Shown here: positions 27,300 through 40,492 of the stretch, piece by piece
How the letters are laid out: the number at the start of each line of letters is the position of its first letter
Position numbering within the stretch: position 1 is the first letter of the stretch
Origin: the human T2T-CHM13v2.0 reference genome, Homo sapiens
DNA length: 64,000 nt
Assembly: GCA_009914755.4 (NCBI GenBank)
Contig: CP068257.2
Span: forward strand, 37,952,001 to 38,016,000
Direction: 5' to 3'
Notes under the pieces: generated by a model
The model's database searches: none
What the model saw: the letters and a program-made list of their open reading frames with translations, nothing else
Told to the model about the DNA's origin: nothing
Program-made: the position numbers and the translations under genes

Positions 27300-27900
27300 G
27301 TCATTAACATTTAGGTCAACAGATTTTGAGTTAAGCAGACTCCATAATGTGGGTGGGCCTCCTCCAATCAGCTGAAGGCCTTAAGAGAAAAAGACTGACC
27401 TCCCCTGAGCAAGAAGAAATTCTGCTGCCAGATTGCTTTTATTTACTTGTTTGTTTGTTTGTTTGTTTTTTGAGACAGGGTCTTGCTCTGTCCCCTAGGC
27501 TGGAGTGCAGTGGTGTGATCATGGCTCACTGGAGCCTCCTAACCTTCTGGGCTAAAGCGATCCTCCCACCTCAGTCCCCTGAGTAGCTGGGACTACAGGC
27601 ATGTGCCACCATGTCCAGCTAATTTTTAATTTTTTTGTAGAGCTGGGGTCTTGCTATGTTGCCCAGGCTGGTGTCAAACTCCTGAGCTCAAGTGACCTTC
27701 CCACCTTAGCCTTCCAAAGTGCTGGAATTACAGGCATGAGCCACCATGCCCGGCCCAGACTGCCTTTCAATACAACTCTTTCCTGGGTCTCTACTCTTGA
27801 TGGCCAACCCTGCAGATTTTGGACTTGCCAGCCCCTAAAACTGTGAATCAATCCTTAAAATCTGTCTCTCTCATTCTTTTCATAGCCTATTGTTTCTGTT
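27300..27900 (+). mobile_element. MaLR/MLT-type LTR split by an Alu insertion
   Basis: Left part ..aatgtgggtgggcctcctccaatcagctgaaggccttaagagaaaaagactgacc. Right part ctgcctttcaatacaactctttcctgggtctctactcttgatggccaaccctgcagattttggacttgccagcccctaaaactgtgaatcaatcc. These are homologous to MLT LTR middle and 3' segments. Confidence 0.45.
27439..27755 (-). mobile_element. Alu SINE with (GTTT)n tail and ~13-bp TSD
   Basis: Tail tttatttacttgtttgtttgtttgtttgttttttgagacagggtcttgctctgtcccctaggctggagtgcagtggtg ... ggcatgagccaccatgcccggcc. TSD ccagattgctttt / ccagactgccttt. Confidence 0.94.
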
Positions 27901-28559
27901 TCTCTGGAGGACGTTGGATAATACAACTAGTTTGCCAAATAGAAAACTCTGGGGGTTTTAACTGCTGGAATGGGGAAGTTCACAGTGATTATGCTAATTA
28001 AGCATTGACTTTTATCTTCTAGACAGGATGAAATTATTCCTTGGATCTTTATGCAGTCTGTCAAAATAATTCCCACTGCTCATTGTTCAGGAAATTGTCT
28101 TCTGTGAAGTCCAATGGGTTCTGACATCCCAGGTCTCAGATACTCGTACTGCAGCTAGTTGGAGCCAGCCGAGACAAAGCACAACATCCATTTTGATAAT
28201 GAGTTGGCAAGTGCTGCCGTCAGTGGGAAGATTTTCTTTCCTCTAATTTCCCATCAAGATTTTCTTCTGACTAATGTATACTCAGCATACATGAGTTCTC
28301 AATAAAAATTGTGTTTTCTTTTTTCTTTTAAGATTCAATAGCCATAAATTGCCACACCAAGGAAATAAGGCTAGAGCAAAAGGAAGGCAAGAAGTAAATA
28401 TTAAAGAAATGAAATAAGATTTTTCACCCTTTTCCCTCAGTGCACTGATGTATTTTAATGTCAGCCATGGCCAGAGACCTTTGAGGCATGAAGGGTTAGA
28501 ATTTGGGTCTTGTTCATACTTCCTGAATCCTCCATCGAGAAACCTGAGTGTTAGGGACT

Positions 28560-28950
28560 GACTTGTGCTCTCTGCCCCAAATTCTTATGTTGAAGCCTTA
28601 ACCCCCAATGTGACTGTATTTGGAGGTAGGGCTTATAAGGGGGTAATAAAATATAAATGAGATCAGAAAGATGAGACTCTAATCTAATAGGATTGGTGTC
28701 CCTAGAAGAAGAGGAAGAGGCATCAGAGACCTCTATCTCTTTCTGCTGTGTAAAAGGCCATGTGAAGACACAGCAAGAATGTGGCTGTCTGAAAGTCAGG
28801 AAGAGAGCCCTCGCTGGGAACCAAATTCGCCAGCACTTTGATCTTGGACTTTAGTCTTCAGAACTGTGAGAAAATAAATGCTTGTTGTTTAAGTCACCCA
28901 GCATGTGGAATTTTGCTATGGCAGCCCACGCAGACTAAGATGCTGAGACA
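28560..28950 (+). mobile_element. MaLR LTR, MLT1-like
   Basis: tgttgaagccttaacccccaatgtgactgtatttggaggtagggc ... ctttctgctgtgtaaaaggccatgtgaagacacagcaagaatgtggctgtctgaaagtcaggaagagagccctcgctgggaaccaaattcgccagcactttgatcttggactttagtcttcagaactgtgagaaaataaatgcttgttgtttaagtcacccagcatgtggaattttgctatggcagcccacgcagactaagatg. Confidence 0.75.
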
Positions 28951-29187
28951 ATCTCTCCTTTGGACCACTGATTGAGGGGAGTCAACTTGGCTTCTCTGAT
29001 CTAATAGTTTTGCTCAGTGGAAGGTGACACCAGGCCAAAGACACATTGACTCCATCCTTTACTTGTGTTTTCTTGTAAAATGTAGAGTCTGCCACGCCCT
29101 GGCTTTAAGTCTTTTGGGGTTTTCTCAGTGGCTGCATGATCACATTCTAATTCTTCAGAAAGTCATTCAAAAATCTTCACATTATGT

Positions 29188-29482
<295 letters not shown>

Positions 29483-29564
29483 GGCTTTCACATTAAAGCC
29501 CCAAGCTCCTTCTCTTCCCACATCACTTTCCACTCTATGTCCTCTGTCTTCTAGTACATGGGCC

Positions 29565-29990
29565 CTGTATTAATCCGTTTTCATGCCGCTATGAAGAAAT
29601 ACACAAGACTAGGTAATTTATAAAGGAAAGAGGTTTAATTGACTCATAGTTCTGGAGAGGCCTCAAGAAACTTACAATCATTGTGGAAGGGGAAGCAAAC
29701 TTGTCCTTCACTTGGCTGCAGGAAGGAGAGTCCTGAGCAAAAGGGGGAAAAGCTCCTTGCAAAACCTTCAGATCTCGTGAGAACTCACTCACTATCACAA
29801 GAACAGCATGAGGGTAACCGCCCCCATGATTTAATTACCTCCCACAAGGTCCCTCCCCCCAACACGTGGGGGTTACAATTCGGATTACAATTCAAGATGA
29901 GATTTGAATGGGGACACAGAGCCAGACCATATAAGGCCCTGTGTAGTTGGCAGAATAATGGTCCCCCAATATACCTGCCCTCTGATTCCT
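29565..29990 (-). mobile_element. MaLR LTR, THE1/MST-like
   Basis: The reverse complement of the THE1 LTR: ..atgccgctatgaagaaatacacaagactaggtaatttataaaggaaagaggtttaattgactcatagttctggagaggcctcaagaaacttacaatcattgtggaaggggaagcaaac ... cccccatgatttaattacctcccacaaggtccctcccccc ... caagatgagatttgaatggggacacagagccagaccatataa. Confidence 0.8.
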
Positions 29991-29994
29991 GACA

Positions 29995-30540
29995 CCTGTG
30001 AATATGGCACATTACATGGCAAAAGGGACTTTGCAGGTAGAATTAAGGCTGCAGACCTTAAAATGGGGAGGTTAGCCTGGCTGATTCAGGTAGGTCCAAT
30101 ATACTCACATGCACTCTTAAAGATGAAAGAGGGAGGCAGACAAGCCATAGAGAATGGAAGAGGTGGGAGAGAGTCACAGTGCAAGAGGGACTTCCCGCGG
30201 GTGCTGGCTGTCAGGATGAGATGGGCCATGAACCAGGGAGGGCAGGCGGCCTCCAGAAGCTGAGGGCAGCCCCTGGCCAACAGCCAGCAAGGAAACAAGG
30301 ACTTCATTCCTACAACCCCACACAGCTGAATTCTGCCAGCAGCCCCAGTGAGCCTGGACGTGGATCCTCCACCAGAGCTCAGCACTGATGACATCTTGAT
30401 TTTGGCCTTGAGAGACGAAGCACAGAAGCCAGCAGAGCCCGTGAGATTTCTGACCTCCCCTAGGAAGTGTAAGATAATACGCTTGTATTGTTTTAAACTA
30501 TGTTAGTCGCAGTTTATTCCAGCAGCCACAGGAAACATTG
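29995..30540 (+). mobile_element. MaLR LTR (MST/MLT-type) abutting the THE1-like LTR
   Basis: ..gatgacatcttgattttggccttgagagacgaagcacagaagccagcagagcccgtgagatttctgacc...cgcttgtattgttttaaactatgttagtcgcagtttattccagcagccacaggaaac matches a MaLR LTR 3' end. Confidence 0.5.
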
Positions 30541-33500
30541 CCCCCGCACATGTCCTCATTTGCATGCTTTCTTGTGTGCTGCTGCTGCTGCTGGGAACAC
30601 CTGTTCTTTAGCTCGCCATTACGTTAAAATCTCACCTGTCCTGGAAGGCCCAGCTTCCACGGCCATCCCTGAGCAGCACTTCCCTGCCCTTAATGACAGA
30701 GCAGAATGAATCACATTCTTCTCTGTTCTTAGAGAATTTTGCTTCTATCTCAACAAAGTGCATGCGGTGAGTGGTTAGCATCTACGCGATGGTCGCCTTT
30801 TGCTGCACTCTGACCCTTGTCCCTAGCCCAGTGCCTGATAGTCTGCTGTCAATCAGATATTTATTGGGAGGCTATGTTGGTGCCACACAGATGTGTCGTA
30901 GGGGCTAGGTATACGGGGATGCCTAAATCAGACCCAGGGCCCTTCATTCTCTCATGGACCTTCTAGGCTACACATATTCAGTGCCTCATAAACATCTGCT
31001 AAGTTAATTGAACCGAGGCCTCCTAGAGACAAGGAAGCCACAGTCACCGGGAAGCAGGATTGGCCTGGTCTGTCAGGGCAGCCTCATATATATGCACACA
31101 CGAGTCTTCCTCCCACAGCATGGACCATCTGCCATCTGCGGGAAGCTGTGGGGCACCAGGAATGCTCATCGCAGGGTTGTATTTGGTTCAGCCACGATTT
31201 GCCTGGGGCGTAAGAGAGTGCTGCTTTCCCTTTTCTCCTCAAACTTCCTTTTTATAAGGTGACTGCAATGATATTTACACACATCGTTTCCAAAAGGCTT
31301 TTTTCACATTCGCCATGACATTTAACCTTATGATAAACCTAGGGTGCACACGCAAGTAAAGCGAAGAAAACATGCGATTGATTACAATTGTATAGCTGTT
31401 TTATTTAGTCTTTCCTGCTGAAAAGTCCCTAGTTTCAGGGCTAATGGGCTGGCCTTGTTCTTCAATGTAGCCATTTACAAGAAACAGCTGAAGCTAAGTT
31501 TTGCTTATGTTTGGAAATCAAGCAAGATCTACATCTCTTATGAGGCCTAACTGGCTTTGTCTGTGTTTGCTCAGTAGTGTACCCAACCACTTCTGGCTTG
31601 AAGCTGTTTGGACTGGGGTTTTAACAAATAAAATCTCAACTTTTATGGTGCCTCAGTTTACCATTTAACAGAGGCCTCAGAAGAAATCCACCCTGCTGAC
31701 CCCTCGATTGCAGACTTCTAGCCTCCAGAACTGTGGGCAGATAAATGCCTGTTAGTGAAGCTGCCCAGTCTGTGGGTCTTATAGCAGCCCAAGCAAATGA
31801 ATCCACTTACCTGTGGCCTTATTTAAGTTCCCTTCCATCCCTGGCCTCTCTGCCCCCAGTGTCTACTTTAATCTCTGTGACCAAGTCCCCATCTCCACGG
31901 TGCAAGTTGGGGGCCAGGCGGGCTCAGCTGGGCCTTGAGCTGGCATAGGGTAGCCCCAATGCTGAAGATTCACCAGTGATAAACACAGACACAGAGAGAC
32001 ATATGTCGGGCTGAGCTGGAAGCTGGATGGGAGAGTCAGGGGCTCAACGCCAGAGAAGAGGCAGGAAGGGTTTCCTGTGCAGCAGGGGTTGAGGGATGGA
32101 TAGAAGCCTCAGCATGTGGACAACAGACATGAATTAGAAGCTCCTGGAGCCTACAGGGAAAGAAGCTGAGGTTTCCAGCTGCTTGTTCCAGTGGTTACCT
32201 CTGTGTGCAGTGGACCTTGCTGGCCAGAGGTGAGGCAGCTGGGCTGGGAAACCTGGGAGGAGACTCCCCCAGCTGCGGTGACATCTTTCTTCATGCTCTT
32301 CAGAGTCATGATTCACACACTTCTCCCAATTCTTCTTCTGGGAGGCTTCTACAGTCTGGGACTGCTTCTTCTTAAGGACCTCCTGGATGCACCCTTTGTT
32401 TGTATCCCAGTGTCCAGCACTGTGCCAGACACAGTAACTTCCCTGTAGATGCAGGTTGAACCAAGGGATCAATTAGGAAATCAGTTTGCATCTGCCACTT
32501 GCCTTTCAGTTTTACGACTTTTATCTGCAAGGCACAATCGGTTTGGTGGAATGACTGGCCAAGATGGCAAAGCCAGGAGGAATTTGCAGCAGGGATTTTT
32601 ACCCTCATTTTGGATTTAGTGCGGTCAGGTAACCCGTGAGTGAGTCTGGAGGATGGCTGATAAAAATATTCTTGGTTCCAAAGTTTTCAAGAGCTCTGGA
32701 GGCAGGTCAGGCATGAAAACTGTGAAATGATGGCTTGTCCTGTAGAACTCTACAAGGAAGAATTGGCTGAGTAAATTATTGAATAGCAACTTTTTCTTTC
32801 ATTTCCTTTTTTTTTTTTAACCAGTGGGAAGCTGAACATCTCAGGACAGGTATTATTATCACTAAAAAAATAGACGTCATAAAATTTATAGTGCTTCATT
32901 TAGAGATTGGAAGATCTAGGCGTTAAGCCATTTTCTAATGCTGTAAAATAAGATTAATGATGTGTCTTTTTTAATGATCCCTTTTTTAAGATTAAAATCT
33001 TTGATGTGGAAAATGTTCATTGCTGTTGCTATTTCGAGGCCTGGATGAATTACCTTACCTTCTGTGTCTGTGACAGATCCCTGTGTCCACTGCAAAGTTC
33101 TACCTTCCCATTTATTGGGTTTCCTAGGTTTTCTAAATTTACTGATTTAACTCTAGTGGTTCAATTTATTCCAGAAATTTATTCACTAACTGCATGGCAC
33201 TGCGCTTTCTTACACAAGGGAGTTCTTTGATGGCTGACAGTGGAATTATTGTCAACCATCAATAGGAATACATGAACGTGTCCTGTTTATAGTTCTGTAG
33301 GTAGAACTTGGGTAATATGAGGGATCCTGACTTGTTTGCAAGAGGCTCCCAATGAGGTTGTATTGTTGAAATTTTAATTGTAATTTAGTGGATAAGCAAG
33401 AAATAATAGTTCAGAGGATCGTTTCCTAAAGTCCTTTCATTGTGACCAGGGATTAAAGTAAGTGGCAAAGTAAACAAAAATGCCACCCTCCAAATACGGA

Positions 33501-35956
33501 GCAACCCTCCCCACCCCAAACTACCCCCACCCTGGCTCCTGGAGCTTTATTGTGGCTGGAGGCTGCTGTCCCTGGCAGTGCTGCAGCCATAGATACTGCC
33601 TGTTCATGGGACAGACCTGTCTTGTGTCTCAGCACACAGCCTAATGTGCTACTCCTTCTGCAAATATCACTCTAGTTTCAACATAGCTCTTCTGTATTTT
33701 AACCCGAATGGCTGATGCTGGTTGTATTCAGCGATGGGAGAGAGCACCTAGAGAAAAAAAAAAAGAGCTGCTGCTTCTTCCTCTTTTCTCCCTCCTCAGC
33801 CAGCATGATGCAGAAGGTCAGCTCCTAGAGGAGGAGCAAGCAGGCCAGGACGGCTTCAGCACCCACTCTTGTGCGACTTAACACTTACATGGTAACACCA
33901 TGTGAAGTTCGCGGACGTAAAAACAAACGATATCGGGTCCTCTCCCCCAGATGCGATGAGCAGCATGCAGACCAAAGGACAGCGGTCCCCACAGTGCAGC
34001 GTGCTGTGTGCTCCTGCAGAAGGAGGGACAGACATGCCTGAGGATGAAGCCACTAACTGGGAGTGGGGAAGAGAGAGAACAGTGGCTGAACAGGAGTTTC
34101 CTAGGGACCTGCAGAAGGGAAGAGTGGGCAGGACAGAAATAAATAATGCCAGAGTTCTGTGTCACAAACGGTGGACTGTCAGCACGGCTGGTGGGAGGGG
34201 CCGTGCAGCACCCAGTCAGCAGCAAGGCTGGGCGGGCAGCTCAGGGCCAGACTATGAGTGGGCTTTCTAGTGTGTGTGGCTCTGGCCAGGCACAGTCATG
34301 GTTTTCAAGCAAGGATTTGATTTAAATAGATCAGATTCTTCTAACGTGGAGCTCAGGAGGGAGACCAGGCATGGGGTGGCTGCAAAGCACCTGCCAGAAA
34401 TGGTGAGGCCTGGGCTGGGGTGGAAGGGGGAGCTGGACCCAAAAGACACGCTTAGGGAGAAGTGACTGAGATTTGTGAGGGAGTGAGATCGGAGACCTGC
34501 AGCTTCTGACGGGAGTGTCGAGTGGACAGTGACACCGTGCACCCAGAAAGGCAGTGATAGAAGGTCCAGCGGGTTGGTGGGGAAGGTGGTGGAAAGGCCC
34601 TTGAGGCATCTGCCTGCCTTCTCTGCTTTTCACCCCTTGCCCTGCCCTTGTCAGTCTTGTGAGCCTTGGTGAGCACTGGGGAACTTCACCGGGAGGGGCA
34701 GAGCCATGGCCCCAGCTTGGAGGGGGTGCACAGGAGGAGTGTAGCCTGGAGAAGCCTGCCCGCGCCTCCTTCTGTGGGTGCCAGCAGTGGCTTGGGCTGG
34801 TGTTCCCCTGCTTGTGCATTCTATTAGCCTGTGCCAGTCCACGGGCCAGTGGCTGGGTCTCATCCGAGCAAGGAAATTTGGAGCTTCCCGCTTTCCTCTT
34901 GCTTTTCTTTAGACAAGGCATATGGTGAACGCAGTCCTTCCCCAGCTGCTTCTGGCGGGTGTGGCAAAGCACAAAGTGCGGAGATCTCCTGGTTCAGGGA
35001 GAGAGGGATCTGGTGCCTGAAAAACGTGACGTGAACACTTGGCTTTTCTTAAAACACTCCTCATTGCTTTCCTAGCATAGCAGTTATTTTCCGTCCTCTG
35101 GGCATTGGTGACAGTGTGGCCGCTCCACAGATGTCAAAAACTCAAGTTAATGCAAAGACTTTCACTTCTCAGGCTCCAAAGGCCTCAACAAGCTTCCCCT
35201 CATCTGTGTTCATGGACTTAAACTTCATGTTGTCAAATGAGTATTAGGTAATGGCAGAAATAACGCATGTATCACACATTTATGGATTTATTTCCCTTGC
35301 ATTTATTTTACTTTAGAACACCATGACCCAAAGCAGAGCTCTTGAAACTCTAGTCCTACAACACAATCTTTGAAAAATGGGTTTCATTTTCAGATGCTTG
35401 GGAAATATTGCATTCCCTATGCTCCTCTTGCACATCAATTGTCAGCTCACAATAAAGGCTCTGAGAAGGCCTGCATTATAAAACTGTGCAGACAGGGTCT
35501 CCCCAAGTTGTCACACGTGAGATCCCGGACTCTGTTTAGTGGTTTTTGGTTTTTTTCTAAATGCATTTTGAACAGCCAGGGTACAGACTTCCGTGAAGAC
35601 CACCCTAGAATGCACAAACCACACAAGCCTTTCTAAGTCATGTTGTTGAGTCTGTAAAAGAGGAGGAAATTTGGGAAATGGGCGGCAGGCTTTTCCTGGC
35701 CCTCAAGAGAAGAGCTCCCTCCTTTTTGCATCGATCTCCCTTTTCCATATTTACTTTGCCTCTAATTAATTTTTCTTATTGCTCTTCACCCTATTTCTTG
35801 GTGTTTTGCCTGAGATGAAAGTAGGATAATTAGTTCCTTATCTCTGTTTTAAAGGAATTTCATCTGGCTTCCAGCTCAGGGGCTAATTATGGCTTTATGG
35901 ATTTCCTTCTTTGAAATACATCTATGCTAAATACTGCCAGCTTCTCATTCACTTCA

Positions 35957-36355
<399 letters not shown>

Positions 36356-36757
36356 CTAAGTCAGCCCAAAAAGTGGGGGAGAAATTAGGTGCACTAACAA
36401 GGAATATGCGCATGTTATAACTTCAGGCTATTTCTGTTTGTCAGGAGATTGCTTTACCAGGGCCAATTATTTGGTTCCTCTGTGGCTCAGTTTTCTCATC
36501 TGTAAAATGGGAGAATAACAGCATCTACCTCACAAAATTGTAGTGAGAAAGAAATGTCAAACATTTAGAATAATGATTGGCACAGAACTTTAATAATAAT
36601 AACAACAATAATAATACATAATGTTACTTCTAAAAAGATACTTAAATGAGTCTTTCGAAATTGACACCTAAGTCTTTTGCCCAGGCTTTACTCAATAAAA
36701 CCAATCATGATAAATCCTGGAAAATAGGGCCTTAACATCACAGTGTTGTTTTATTTT

Positions 36758-37067
<310 letters not shown>

Positions 37068-38091
37068 AACATCACATGTTATTAATTCACCAAGCATTGC
37101 TAGCACTTTTGACTTTATTTTGGAGATCCGAAAATGCTTCTGGGCTGGACACTCAAATAGCAGAGTGAGCGACAGGTCCTGGGGGGAATTTGGAGGTCTG
37201 ATTCTGCTTCCCAGTCCGCCACTTCCTAGTGATGAGCTCCTGGGTCACTACCGAATGACCAGTGCTAACGTGCACTGAGGGCTTACTAGGTGCTGACCAA
37301 AGTTCAAAGCACCTTTCCTGCATCTCCATTGTGGACATGGGACAGTGAGGTGACAAGAGGTGCTCAGTCACCAACGAACCTCAATTTCATCTGTGAAATA
37401 ATAACACCTCCCACTCATCCCACCCAGTGGGATTATCACAAGCTTGAATGACATTGTCTAGAAAGTACTTTGAAAGCTGCAGCATTCTGGTGGATGAAGG
37501 TAGGAGGTCCTCAGATTTTCACTTAAAAGCTTCTGGTTGACGCGTGATTTCTCCCCTTTGCAGGAAGCTGACAAGAAGCACGTTGCTGAGTGATCCTGGG
37601 TTCCCATCCTCCGCACCCGTGCATCCACGCGTGGGCCCAGCCAGCAAGGAGAAGTCTAACAGGCAGGAGGAGGGGAGACACAAGGAGCCCCCGCAGTAAG
37701 TCACAAGAAGCTGCCTGCACTCTGACTTTCTTTGGCTTTCTCAGCATTTTGTACAGGGTTCCCTTGACTGATGTGGGGGTTAGAACTGGAAGGAAAGGTC
37801 CCTCTCCTCCCATCTGGAGGTGTTGAAGCAGCACTGGGCAGAGCCCAAGGTGGTACCTCTGGGGCTATGGCAGGACAGGGGTGTTCAGTGGGCTGGAAGC
37901 CCCCTTCCCCAACAAAACATCTCTGACCTGGCTGAAGACATTGGAGGTCCATACACGTTTCATTTGAAAAAGGAGTTTCTAACTCTTAAAAAGACAGAAA
38001 ATCACCAATGAAGTCCAACCCTTAGTGAGAATCAACTGACCTTTCCTCTGCACTCCATCACATTTTAATTTTTTTTTTAATTTTACTTTTT

Positions 38092-38373
38092 TTGGAGACA
38101 GGGTCTCGCTCAGTTGTCCAGGCTGGAGGGCAGTGGCATGATCACAGCTGATTGCAGCCTTGATCTCCTGGGCTCAAATGATCTCATCTCAGCCTCCCGA
38201 GTACCTGGGACCACAGGTGTGTGCCACCAAATAGGTGTGCAGCTAATTTTATTATTTTTATTTTTTCATAGATACGAGGTCTTGTTGTGTTGTTCAGGCT
38301 GGTCTCGAACTCCTGAGCTCAAGGAATCTTCCCACCTTGGCCTCTGAAAGCACTAGGATTGCAGGCACGAGAC
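38092..38373 (-). mobile_element. Alu SINE
   Basis: tttttttggagacagggtctcgctcagttgtccaggctggagggcagtggcatgatcacagctgattgcagcc ... ctaggattgcaggcacgagac. TSD atcacatttta / atcattacatttta. Confidence 0.92.
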
Positions 38374-39066
38374 ATCATTACATTTTATGGAGGTTCTGTT
38401 TGCTTCTGCACCTTGGTCTAATCCTATGATCAGTTATCACCAAGTTGGTCTCTCTTATGCCACTGTATGTTCCTGAAGGAGAAATAGTTTATTTTTCCTT
38501 GTGCCCCACCTCAAAGGATGATCAACATATTAAGCCAACACTCCAGAATGTACAGGCTTCCAATCAATGCGCTGTCTTGCAAATGGTCCCAGAACTACCC
38601 TCTCTTCAATATACCTCTTTTGACAGAGCTCAGCGTACAGGAAAATCTCCTCAAATGCAGAAATTTGAGTGTGAATTTAATTTTCAGTGCATCAAAAAAT
38701 CATTTAGCACTAGGAAGATAGCCTCTCTGACAGGAACGGTGTGTACCTCTAAAGAATGGGTTCCTTGAGAGGGTAGGAAATGATTCTGAAGGCTTCCAAA
38801 CACGAAAAGCTGCCATGCTGGTTGAAAAAAAATCAGTTATGTTATTTCAGAATTCTACTTTCTGCTTCCTTCCCAATCATACAAGCTACACGACGTTTAA
38901 CTCTGTGTACTAGGCAGTTCTGCAAAGGAACAGGCAGTCCTTGGGTCTGGGTTGAAGACAAGAGCTTAAGTCCAGTCTCTCCAAGCACTGGTTAGCTGCA
39001 TGCAACATGGCACGTTCACGGATGCTGCATTCTGAAGTCAGGATCACTAGCAACAGATACAAAGAG

Positions 39067-39232
39067 ACCCTGGGTGTGATGGCTCATGCCTGTAATCCCA
39101 GCACTTTGGGAGGGATCACCCAAGTCCAGGAGTTTGAGACCAACTTGGACAACACAGAAAGACCCCTGTCTATACAAAAAAATTAAATTAAAAAAGACCA
39201 CGCTGGGCAACATAGTGAGACTCTGTTTCTAC
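39067..39232 (+). mobile_element. Alu-derived element (left monomer plus 3' end; internally deleted)
   Basis: ccctgggtgtgatggctcatgcctgtaatcccagcactttgggagggatcacccaagtccaggagtttgagaccaacttggacaacacagaaagacccctgtctatacaaaaaaattaaattaaaaaagaccacgctgggcaacatagtgagactctgtttctacaaagg. Confidence 0.8.
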
Positions 39233-39253
39233 AAAGGAGATCCCCCCCGTCCG

Positions 39254-39669
<416 letters not shown>

Positions 39670-40143
39670 TAGTTTATCCCAAATTTTTAAATAGAAATTT
39701 TTATTCCCTTCTCTGGAAGAAATATGAAAAGGACCAAAGCAAAGTGGTTTTCACTTGTTTGTTTGCATTTTGGAAGTGAGATTGCCTTATAGATCCTCTT
39801 TCCCAATATTACTATAAATTAAACTGACTTTAAAGTGACCAACTTTCCTACCAAGCTTACCGCACTATCTAAAGGCCTTGTGTTCTAAAAGCAAAAGATC
39901 AAATCGTATGTTTTAAAGAGGAATGGTGCCATTGTTATTATGTGGATGCTCACTATGTGTAGGTTCTGTGTTGAGTTTTACTCAGTCACTCATTTAAACA
40001 ATTTATTTGTTAATGCATCACTTTGTTTATTCACTTAACACCTGTCTTGAGTGCCTGCTATATCTCAGGAACTGTGATAGACATTGGTGGAAACAGAAGT
40101 CAGTGAGATACATGAAGGAGGCTAGTAGTAAAGACAGAAATTA

Positions 40144-40492
<349 letters not shown>

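Noticed and set aside
34331-34972. 213-aa minus-strand ORF, the longest in the track, plus neighbouring long ORFs 41.3-43.2 kb
   Set aside because: The composition is Pro/Arg/Ser/Gly/His-rich and low-complexity, lying in GC-rich DNA where stop codons are rare. There is no ATG context, splice sites or recognisable domain. Expected chance ORF length here is high.
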